A stretch of DNA of 10,574 nt, taken from the NCBI GenBank assembly GCA_044225365.1, contig JBGAIQ010000096.1, forward strand, positions 1-10,574, read 5' to 3'. Both the position numbers and the translations under genes were made by a program. The notes under the pieces were generated by a model. That model saw only the letters and a program-made list of their open reading frames with translations, had not been told where the DNA came from and did no database searches. Positions 1-7,251 of the stretch are shown here, piece after piece. Each line of letters opens with the position of its first letter. The first letter of the stretch is position 1. This stretch comes from Planctomycetota bacterium. Lineage in GTDB: Bacteria > Planctomycetota > B15-G4 > JADJEK01.

Positions 1-3
1 CAT
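1..3 (-). CDS. Probable start codon of a gene that continues off the left edge of the window
   Basis: CAT at 1-3 is ATG on the minus strand. It is preceded on that strand by GGAG (15-12) at 8 nt spacing. It has the same orientation as the upstream radical SAM gene. No product can be inferred. Confidence 0.45.
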
Positions 4-175
4 GCGCGGTACTCCGCGCGCGGAGCCGAGCGGAGCTTCCTTGCGCCCACCACGTCGAGCGCACGACCTCCGCCGCCGCAGGCAATCCAAACCTAGTGCC
101 CGCACGGCTGGCGGGCGAACGCCAGGACGGCCCCGCGGCCCACGCGTCTTAGGGCCAGTTCGCGGCCCGAGCGAA

Positions 176-190
176 AGGCCCGCGCGGCCT
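176..190 (-). terminator. Possible weak intrinsic terminator or hairpin after the radical SAM gene
   Basis: The minus strand reads AGGCC-GCGCG-GGCCT followed by TT, 10 nt after the stop at 201. The stem and U-tract are both short. Confidence 0.2.
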
Positions 191-200
191 GAGCGCCCGA

Positions 201-1619
201 CTATCCGTGCATCGTTAAATAATGATGGATCCGCGCGAAGAAGCGCTTCGGAGTGCCGATCTGATCGAGGATGCGGCGCGGGCGGAGGTAGAAGCGGCGG
301 TAGGCGCGCTTGATCTCGGCGCCGAGTTCATCGGGCGAGAGCAGCGTGTTGACGCCCGTCGGTTTGTGGCCGTCGTAGGAGGCGTAGTCCTCCTTCTGGC
401 CCTGGCGGACGTCGACCCACATCGGGGTGCCGGGGTACGGCGTGACGGAGGTGAACTGTGCGGAGTCCGGATCCAGGCGAAGCGCGAGGTCGACCGTCTT
501 GCGCATCTGATCGCGCGTCTCCTCGGGGAAGCCGAGCATGAAGAAGGCACGCGTGCGGATGCCGAGGGCGCGCGCGGCGCTCACGACCTTGAGGGCGTGC
601 TCGGGAGACTGGATCTTCGAGTTGCTGTACTTCTTGCCGAGATCCGGATCCGCAGTCTCCACGCCGAAGCTGATCGAAACGCAGCCGGCCTTGCGCATCG
701 CTTCGAGCAACTTCTCGTCGAGGCATTTGATCGCGGTCTCGCACTGCCATTCGATATCGAGCTTCTCGCGAAGGATGCCCTCGCAGAGATCGTGGATCCG
801 CTGCTTGTTGGCGGAGAAGAGCGGGTCGCGGAACACGATGTTCTTCACGCCGTACTTGCGACGGATCTCGACCAGTTCGGCGAGCACGTTCTCGGCCGAC
901 CGACCACGGAAGCGGCGCCCTTGGGAGAGCGTGTAGCCGCAGTAGGTGCAGTCGATCGGGCAACCGCGACTGCTCTGGACCGTCGTCATCGGGCCCGACA
1001 TGTCGGGGATGCGATAACGTTCGTTCGGCAGCAGGTCGCGCGCGGGGAAGGGCAGCGCGTCGAGGTCCGTGATCTTCTCGCGCGGCGGATTGTGCGTGAT
1101 GCCGCCTTCGGGCGTGCGCCACGACAGGCCTTTCACCGCCGCGATCGCGTCCTTGCCCCCGCCCGCCGCGAGCGCATCGACGAGTTCGCAGATCGTGCCT
1201 TCGACCTCGTCGCGCAGGACGAAGTCGAGTCCCTCGAGGGAGAGGACGGAGTCCGACGTGTTCGTGACCTGCGCGCCCAGGGTGAAGGACTTCGCGCCGA
1301 GCGACTTCGCGAGTCGCGCTGCGAGCGCGAGATCGCCCTCGATCGTGGTCGTCGACGAGTCGAGCCCGACGAGATCGATCTTGCCCTTCTTGCCTTCCGC
1401 TTCCGCCTCGGCCACGACGTCTTCGGGGCGCAGGTCGAGCGCCTCGGCGTCGAGGATGCGCACTTCGCAGCCCTTTTGGCGCAACGCAGCGGCGACGTAC
1501 GCGAGATTCAGCGGCGGGTAGACCAGGTCCTTGTTGACCGCCATGCCGAAACCACCCATCAACCCCCGACTGACGCGGGTGTTCTCGGGACTCGGCGGAT
1601 TGACCAACAAGACTTTCAT
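201..1619 (-). CDS. Cobalamin (B12)-binding domain radical SAM protein (class B methyltransferase / BchE-HpnJ-like architecture), 472 aa
   Basis: N-terminal MKVLLVNPP...YPPLNLAYVAAAL...ILDAEA is typical of B12-binding rSAM proteins. It also has DLDALPFPARDLL, the cluster motif SSRGCPIDCTYC (CxxxCxxC), FRDPLF, ISFGVET, FFMLGFPEET and TPYPGT. The start is moved from 1709 to the ATG at 1619 because the family N-terminus begins there and a -10 box lies inside the extension. Confidence 0.92.
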   Translation of the reverse strand: MKVLLVNPPSPENTRVSRGLMGGFGMAVNKDLVYPPLNLAYVAAALRQKGCEVRILDAEALDLRPEDVVAEAEAEGKKGKIDLVGLDSSTTTIEGDLALAARLAKSLGAKSFTLGAQVTNTSDSVLSLEGLDFVLRDEVEGTICELVDALAAGGGKDAIAAVKGLSWRTPEGGITHNPPREKITDLDALPFPARDLLPNERYRIPDMSGPMTTVQSSRGCPIDCTYCGYTLSQGRRFRGRSAENVLAELVEIRRKYGVKNIVFRDPLFSANKQRIHDLCEGILREKLDIEWQCETAIKCLDEKLLEAMRKAGCVSISFGVETADPDLGKKYSNSKIQSPEHALKVVSAARALGIRTRAFFMLGFPEETRDQMRKTVDLALRLDPDSAQFTSVTPYPGTPMWVDVRQGQKEDYASYDGHKPTGVNTLLSPDELGAEIKRAYRRFYLRPRRILDQIGTPKRFFARIHHYLTMHG

Positions 1620-1665
1620 CGCGTGATGGACCCTGGTTTCTCTGGCGATTCGGGGAAAGGTCGTA

Positions 1666-1671
1666 AGTATA
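1666..1671 (-). promoter_or_regulatory. Putative sigma70-type -10 element for the radical SAM gene
   Basis: TATACT on the minus strand, 46 nt upstream of ATG 1619, in the divergent intergenic region. No convincing -35 was found at 16-18 nt spacing. Confidence 0.45.
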
Positions 1672-1749
1672 GCCGCAACTTCGAGCCTGGCATCGAACAC
1701 CTGCAACACCGCGGAAGACCGCGGGAAACTCGATCGAACCCGCCCATCG

Positions 1750-4374
1750 ATGATGCTGTCCGTGATCCAACTCGCCCTTGGCGCGGCTACCGCGGCCCTT
1801 GGCTACGGCGTGTTCCTCATCGGCCGTGACCAGGCCGCGACTTGCGCCATGTTGCTGCTCGTCTTGCCTGCCCTCGATCGAGCGGTTCGGCTCGGCGGAG
1901 GCCCGAATCGCGGCGGATCAGCCCTCCAGCCCGGGCTCCTCTTCCTCGGCGCGGCACTCGGGCTCGTCACGGCCCTGACCGTCCTCCCCCGAAGCGGCAC
2001 GGAGGGAGTCTTCGCCGTCGCGGTTGCGGCGATCACGATCGCGGCGCTCGGGTACGCGCCGAACAGCGCGGCGGCGATGAAACTTCGCCCAACGTCCGAG
2101 GGTGCGCAGCCGACGCTCGGGCGCGCGATCGCGCTCCTCGCCCTCGGGTTCTTCTTGGCGACGACGCTTGGCATCACGAGCGCGACCGCGACGCGGATCT
2201 GCGGGCGCGATGCCGCATCGATCGTCTTCGCGACGGCCCCTGCGTTCCTCGTTGCGGGGATCGGCGCTGCGGCCGGCCGCTATCTCCTTCGGCGTCATCT
2301 CGCGGTGCGTGAATCGCTCGCGATGTACGCGGCGCTCGCCATCGCCATCCTGATCGCGCTGTTTCGAGCGGACTCGAGTGATTGGCTCCGCCACGCGAAA
2401 GCGATCGAGTCCCCCGCCGCCACGCGCAATGCCTACCTCTACGGCGTCGCTCTGCTCTCCCTCGTCGTGAGCGGACTGCCGCTCTTCTTCGGCGGCGCGC
2501 TCGCCGCGAGCGTGGGAAACGACCGCGCCGGACTTGGGCTCTCGCTGCGAACGACATCCTTCGCGGCGATCGGCGTCGTCGTCGGTCTCGCGGTCGACTC
2601 GTCGTCACCCCTTCTGCCCGCTCTCTCAGGCCTCGCCGCGATCGTCGCCGCGTACCTCGCGTCGAACCGCGGACTGGCGCGCGGAATCCTCGTGGTCGCG
2701 GCGATCGCGATGACGGCGGTCGCGATCGGCGACCGCAATGCGCGACCGCTTCTCGACGGCGGATTCGTGCTCTACGACCCCGTCGCCCAGTTCGACGGCA
2801 GCGAGAGCGCCTCCGACACTCCGCAAACGGACGCCGCCGTGGCTCCGCGCGTCGAGCCGACGCGCGACGGTCGGCCCGAACGCATCGCGGATCCTCCCGG
2901 CTGGCCGTTCCAGAGCGACCTCTCCCACGCGCTCATCGACCTTGCGGCCGGAATGGCGCCCGCAGGGGAGATTCGGCTGTTCGGCGACGAGGCTCCTGCG
3001 ATGGTGGCCGCGACCGGACGGGACGATGTAGTGCCGATCGAACAAGAGACGAAAGTCGTCCCCGGCGCCCGCGCGGTGATCGTGCTGCCGTCGGTCTTCG
3101 CGAATCCGATGACCCGCCTCACCGCGTTCGATCGATTCCTCGATCGCCAGCTCGCGACGATCGGTACGGGCGGAACGCTCTTCATCGCCCTCGATCTCTC
3201 GGAGGTCGATCCGACGCACCTCTCGGTGGTCGCTCGGATGTTGCGTCACCGCTGTGGCGGGGTCGCCCTGTTGCTTCATGGCCGCCACGCGGTGTTCGCT
3301 GGAATGCCGGATATCGACGTCAAGGTTCGCGACGCCACGCGCACCGCGTGGCTCTCCATGCTGGCGAAGGTCGCGCGACCGCCCTTGCCCGCCCTTGCGC
3401 TCTCGCCCGGAGCGGTCGCGCGCCTCGCGGCCAACGACACCGACCTTCACGACGAGTCGATCCTGCTGTGCAATGGCCGCAAGAAGCTCCCCCACGCGGA
3501 TCCAAGGCGCGCGGCCGAACAATTGCGCCGATTGCTCGCGCTCTCCGATCGTTACTTCGACGGGATCGACGACCCCGCGTCCCCGGCGACGCTGCGCTTC
3601 GACGAATCGCGCGTGCGCCTCGAACTCGCGGCGGCGATCCTCGACGACGATGCCAGAACCGAGGATCGTCTGCTCCGCATCCTCGACGTCCAAGGCGCAA
3701 CGGATGCTCCCCGCCTCCGAATCCAGCGCGAGCGAGCGCGAGATCGCATCGCGCGCTTCTTGATCGAACGGCGCGAGACCGATGGCCTCGACGCCGATCT
3801 GCGGTATCGCCTGGGGCGCGTCCTGCGCGGCGCGGGCGAGGTGCACGGCGCGCTCGACGAACTCACGCGGGTCGTCGAATTGCGCCCGCATCAGCTCGAT
3901 GCGGTGGTCGACCTCGCGGAGACCTATCTCGAAGCCGACGCCAAGGGGCTCGCGAAGGTCGTCCATGGCGTCGTGCTCCCGAGCCGGCGTATGCCGTTCA
4001 TCCTGGAGAAGAACCTCGTCGGTCTCGAAGACTCGCGTCTCCTCGCTCGCGTCGAGATCGCGCGCGCCGAATCGACGCTGCGCGACGCGCGGCAGGGAGA
4101 AGGTGAGGCACGTGCCCGCCTCCTGAATGACGTCCTCGATCGTCTGAAGAAGGGCGTCGCGCTCGACCCGTCGGTCGCGAACAGCGACCGGATCTACGCC
4201 GAAACGTTGCATCGCCTGGGCAGCGACGGAAAAGCCCTCGATGCCGCGCGGCGTGCAGTCCTCGCCGATCCCTTCGATCCCCTCGCTCGCGCCCTCGTCG
4301 TCGCGCTCGCGACCGATGCCAAGGAACGAACTCGCGCGGCGGCCGCCGTGTTCATGCTCGACGTCGACCCGTGA
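1750..4374 (+). CDS. Multi-pass membrane protein with degenerate spermidine-synthase-like domain and C-terminal TPRs (fused MFS/spermidine synthase-like), 874 aa
   Basis: About 10 hydrophobic segments lie in the first ~330 aa. The central region (FLDRQLATIGTGGTLFIALDLSEVDPTHLSVVARML...VALLLHGRHAVFAG) follows the pattern of the C-terminal half of the spermidine-synthase-like domain in fused membrane proteins. TPR-like repeats are LRYRLGRVLRGAGEVHGALDELTRVVELRPHQLDAVVDLAETY and IYAETLHRLGSDGKALDAARRAVLADPFDP. The start may be 1750 or 1753. Confidence 0.72.
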   Translation: MMLSVIQLALGAATAALGYGVFLIGRDQAATCAMLLLVLPALDRAVRLGGGPNRGGSALQPGLLFLGAALGLVTALTVLPRSGTEGVFAVAVAAITIAALGYAPNSAAAMKLRPTSEGAQPTLGRAIALLALGFFLATTLGITSATATRICGRDAASIVFATAPAFLVAGIGAAAGRYLLRRHLAVRESLAMYAALAIAILIALFRADSSDWLRHAKAIESPAATRNAYLYGVALLSLVVSGLPLFFGGALAASVGNDRAGLGLSLRTTSFAAIGVVVGLAVDSSSPLLPALSGLAAIVAAYLASNRGLARGILVVAAIAMTAVAIGDRNARPLLDGGFVLYDPVAQFDGSESASDTPQTDAAVAPRVEPTRDGRPERIADPPGWPFQSDLSHALIDLAAGMAPAGEIRLFGDEAPAMVAATGRDDVVPIEQETKVVPGARAVIVLPSVFANPMTRLTAFDRFLDRQLATIGTGGTLFIALDLSEVDPTHLSVVARMLRHRCGGVALLLHGRHAVFAGMPDIDVKVRDATRTAWLSMLAKVARPPLPALALSPGAVARLAANDTDLHDESILLCNGRKKLPHADPRRAAEQLRRLLALSDRYFDGIDDPASPATLRFDESRVRLELAAAILDDDARTEDRLLRILDVQGATDAPRLRIQRERARDRIARFLIERRETDGLDADLRYRLGRVLRGAGEVHGALDELTRVVELRPHQLDAVVDLAETYLEADAKGLAKVVHGVVLPSRRMPFILEKNLVGLEDSRLLARVEIARAESTLRDARQGEGEARARLLNDVLDRLKKGVALDPSVANSDRIYAETLHRLGSDGKALDAARRAVLADPFDPLARALVVALATDAKERTRAAAAVFMLDVDP

Positions 4375-4386
4375 CGGGCGCGGCGA

Positions 4387-5142
4387 TCACTTGACCGGCG
4401 ATGCGGCCTTGCGGGACAGGCAGATCAGCGACGCTCCGATCGGAAGATCGAAGAGCTTCATCATCCCCGCCTCGACGGCCATGAGCGCGGACAACCCGCC
4501 CTCGATGATCCGCGGAATGGGAACGGTGAAGTCGGAGCTCGGGGCCTCGTTCTTCTTCAGCCATTTGCGCATGCGGCGGAAGAGGAAGAGCGGCGGCGTC
4601 AGGAACATCGAGTAGTACGACAGTCGCTCGATGCGAAGGCTGCGGCCGGAGATCTTCGATTCGAGTTCCCCGCGCGTGTAGCGCCGGATGTGATGGAACG
4701 CGTCGTCGTGCGGACTCCACAATGCCATGAACGCGGGCACGGTGCAGATGAGCGCGCCGCCGGGCGCGAGGATGCGCTGGACCTCCGACATCGATGCGAC
4801 GTCGTCGGGGAAGTGCTCGAACGCGTCGAGCGCGATCACGAGATCGAACGCGCCTTCGCGGAACGGCATCTTCTGCGCGTCCCCTCGCACGATCCGATCG
4901 ATTCCGCGCTGCTTCGCGAAGTGGATCGTCTCCGTCGAGATGTCGAGTCCGCGGATCGTCCCGAGATCGTTCAAGAAGCGGAACGACATCGCCGTCGCGC
5001 AGGCGACGTCGAGGATCCGCAGCGGGCGTCCGAGTTCATTTCGGATCTTCTCGGCAAAGCGCCGCACGAGGCGACGCCTGGCCTTGAACCACCAGTTCGT
5101 TTCCTCGATCTCGTATTGGATTGCGAATTCTTTGGGATCCAT
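4387..5142 (-). CDS. Class I SAM-dependent methyltransferase (Methyltransf_11-like, type often found in surface-glycan clusters), 251 aa
   Basis: Motifs are EETNWWFKARR, RILDVACATA (motif I), GLDIS, GDAQKMPF..GAFDLVIALDAFEH, RILAPGG and TVPAFMALWSPHDDAFHHIRRY. The start is moved from TTG 5181 to ATG 5142 because that TTG is part of a likely -35 box. Confidence 0.9.
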   Translation of the reverse strand: MDPKEFAIQYEIEETNWWFKARRRLVRRFAEKIRNELGRPLRILDVACATAMSFRFLNDLGTIRGLDISTETIHFAKQRGIDRIVRGDAQKMPFREGAFDLVIALDAFEHFPDDVASMSEVQRILAPGGALICTVPAFMALWSPHDDAFHHIRRYTRGELESKISGRSLRIERLSYYSMFLTPPLFLFRRMRKWLKKNEAPSSDFTVPIPRIIEGGLSALMAVEAGMMKLFDLPIGASLICLSRKAASPVK

Positions 5143-5153
5143 CGCGAGCGTGA

Positions 5154-5181
5154 AGAGTACCCGGTGAGGGGACGGGGTCAA
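5154..5181 (-). promoter_or_regulatory. Putative internal sigma70 promoter for the methyltransferase
   Basis: TTGACC (5181-5176), a 16 nt spacer, then TACTCT (5159-5154). It lies in the gap between the EEP stop (5210) and ATG 5142. Confidence 0.6.
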
Positions 5182-5209
5182 ATGGCGATTGGCGTGGAGT
5201 TCGTTTCCC

Positions 5210-6217
5210 TCACGGCCCCATCCCGAGGACGAGATCGAACGTCACCGGGAAGTGATCCGAGTGATGCGAGTCGGACGCGACGCGCCGATCGCGCACGACG
5301 AATCCATCGCTGTGCAGCAGATGGTCGATCGGGATCTTCACGAAGCGCAGCATCCCGACAGCGGGCCAGGTCGGCTGGTAGCCGAAGCCGCGCGTCGAGT
5401 CGTGGAGATTCGTCGCGCGCAAGAACGAGGCGAAGTCGGACGCGAACGGCGTGGTGTTGAGATCCGAGACGACAAGGACTTCGTCACCCTGCGATCTCCC
5501 GAGCTTCACGAGTTCTTCGACACGCTCAAAGAACCGCCCGCGCACCGTGCGGCGGTGCGAGGTCAAGGGCGTCGGGAAGCGCGGGACGACGACCGTGAAG
5601 CCCTTTCCGAGGAGCGCGAAGCGCCCCCGCAGGAACCCCATTCCGAATTCCTGCGAATCGGCTCGGATCAGTTCGCTCTCGATCGTCGTGCACTTCGAAT
5701 CGCGGCGGCGATACAACGCCGACGAACGCTTCGCATCGATGCCTTTGCGGAAGTCCGCGATCACGAGTTCGAATGCGCCCGTGCCGACGATCAGGTCGGA
5801 GAGTTCGTCCGTCGATTCCTGGATCACGACGAGGTCGGCGTTCGAGTCGGCCACGAATCGCGCGACCTCCGGCTTCTGCGGGTTATCGACCTGCACGTTG
5901 AACAGGACGACTCGCAGTGGTTCGCCACTCGCCGTCGCCGCGTTCGTCGTCGCTCCCACGTAGAGCCGCGCGATCGGCAGCGCGTCCGCGACGAACGCGA
6001 TTCCCATCAGCACGAGGAGGAAGCGTTCGCGCAGCAAGAGCGCCGCAATCGCGAGGAGCGCGACGCCGGCGGCGAGCCCCGCGCGGAAATCGGCGAAAAG
6101 GTCGAAACGCGAGTCGATGGGCCCCGCGAACGAGAGCACGACGATCGCGAATGCGCCGAGCGCCGCCGCGCGGAGCGCGATCGCCGACCACCACGCTGGA
6201 CGCGACGTCCCGCTCAT
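5210..6217 (-). CDS. Membrane-anchored endonuclease/exonuclease/phosphatase (EEP) family protein (YafD/COG3021-like), copy B, 335 aa
   Basis: It has 2-3 N-terminal hydrophobic helices, then LRVVLFNV, ADLVVIQE, SDLNTTP, QPTWP, IPIDHLL and SDHFPV. Its start overlaps the upstream stop as ATGA (6217-6214). Confidence 0.88.
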   Translation of the reverse strand: MSGTSRPAWWSAIALRAAALGAFAIVVLSFAGPIDSRFDLFADFRAGLAAGVALLAIAALLLRERFLLVLMGIAFVADALPIARLYVGATTNAATASGEPLRVVLFNVQVDNPQKPEVARFVADSNADLVVIQESTDELSDLIVGTGAFELVIADFRKGIDAKRSSALYRRRDSKCTTIESELIRADSQEFGMGFLRGRFALLGKGFTVVVPRFPTPLTSHRRTVRGRFFERVEELVKLGRSQGDEVLVVSDLNTTPFASDFASFLRATNLHDSTRGFGYQPTWPAVGMLRFVKIPIDHLLHSDGFVVRDRRVASDSHHSDHFPVTFDLVLGMGP

Positions 6218-7251
6218 CGAGAGAGCACCAGTCCAAGTATCACGGCCACGGGCTGATGATCCGAGCCGTGGGATTCAGCGAGCACTCGGTGCTCGACTGC
6301 GCAAAGTCCTTTGCCGTAGAGCACGTGATCGATCGGAACCGCGACGAGCCTCCGCCAGGATCCCGTCGCGGCCGACGGCCACGTGGGCTCGAGGAGGAAG
6401 CCCGCCGACGCATCGCGCAGACCCACGTTCAACAGGCTTTCGAACTCGGAGGAGAACGGGGTCGAATTGAGGTCGCCGAGGAAGATGACGTCGCCTCGCG
6501 CGTCATCGATCGCACGCAGGAGCATCGCGAACCACTGCGACCTCACTCGGACGCTGGACGCATCGTTCGGCGGCGGCACATGCGCTGCGAGCAGCTCGAT
6601 CGCGATCGAATCCTTTGGCATCGGCCGCCATTCGACCCGGCCTCTCGCGATCCCGCCTCCGGAAGTCCGCCCCGATCGCCTCAGGACGTCGCCAGGAAAT
6701 GCGACCAAGTGGTCGCTCGCTCGGACGAACAGCGCCGTGCCGGCCTTGCGATCGGGATCGTCCGTCAAGTCCGAGGCGAGCAGCGTCAACCCGGCTTCGT
6801 TCACGAGTCGCTCGACGAGCGACCTCGGAGCTTCCTCGAGCGCGATGATGGGCGCCGGATCGCTCGCGACGAAGGCGAAGGCCTCGTCGAGCTTCGGGTT
6901 CCTCCACCACACGTTCCACTGGAGGACCCGAAGCGTGTCGCCGGTAGGCGTCGCCGAATCGCCAAGAAGCGTGTGGCTCGCGATCGGCGCCGCATCGCAG
7001 AGGAGCGCGATCCCAACGAGGACGAGCGTCTTCTTCGTCTTGGCGACCGCGGCGAGGAGCACCGCGACGAGGGCGAGCCATGCGAGCGGCATGCGAAAAT
7101 GCGCCAGCAGATCGATACGGGCGGTGCCGACTCGACTGAACGAGAGAGCGATGACGATCGTGATCCCGATCCCGACCGCGATCGCGACGCCGCGCAGGAT
7201 TCGCCTACGAATCGAGCGTTCGCCGAGAATGGGGCTCACGTCAGCGGCCAT
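6214..7251 (-). CDS. Membrane-anchored EEP family protein (YafD/COG3021-like), copy A, 345 aa
   Basis: N-terminal TM helices are followed by LRVLQWNV, IIALEE, AAHVPPP, GDLNSTP, EPTWP, VPIDHVL and GSDHQPV. It overlaps the upstream WecA-like gene by 11 nt. Confidence 0.9.
   Translation of the reverse strand: MAADVSPILGERSIRRRILRGVAIAVGIGITIVIALSFSRVGTARIDLLAHFRMPLAWLALVAVLLAAVAKTKKTLVLVGIALLCDAAPIASHTLLGDSATPTGDTLRVLQWNVWWRNPKLDEAFAFVASDPAPIIALEEAPRSLVERLVNEAGLTLLASDLTDDPDRKAGTALFVRASDHLVAFPGDVLRRSGRTSGGGIARGRVEWRPMPKDSIAIELLAAHVPPPNDASSVRVRSQWFAMLLRAIDDARGDVIFLGDLNSTPFSSEFESLLNVGLRDASAGFLLEPTWPSAATGSWRRLVAVPIDHVLYGKGLCAVEHRVLAESHGSDHQPVAVILGLVLSR

Noticed and set aside
86-101. Sigma54-like sequence GGCAC-TAGGT-TTGG on the minus strand
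   Set aside because: The -12 position is GG rather than the conserved GC, and no activator gene is visible. Too weak to call.
193-220. GTTAAAT resembling the XerD arm of a dif site
   Set aside because: It is only a partial XerD match, there is no XerC-like arm at the right spacing, and it overlaps a coding end.
2-313. 103-aa plus-strand ORF
   Set aside because: It has an Arg/Pro/Gly-rich non-protein-like composition and overlaps the radical SAM 3' end. The region reads better as intergenic.
222-1829. Long antisense and alternate-frame ORFs over the radical SAM gene (222..1829 +, 328..1770 -)
   Set aside because: They are Arg-rich, lack motifs and overlap a well-supported gene. These are typical high-GC shadow ORFs.
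2382-4212. ORFs 2382..4106 (+) and 2626..4212 (-)
   Set aside because: They are shadow frames of the 874-aa gene with no recognisable domain.
4368-4386. Short palindrome CCCGTGACGGG at the convergent gene junction
   Set aside because: The stem is only 4 bp with no U-tract on either strand, so it is not supportable as a terminator.
5210-7251. EEP pair plus methyltransferase as a restriction-modification or anti-phage nuclease system
   Set aside because: The methyltransferase lacks DNA-MTase motifs (DPPY/NPPY, PC). The EEPs are membrane-anchored and coupled to glycan genes.
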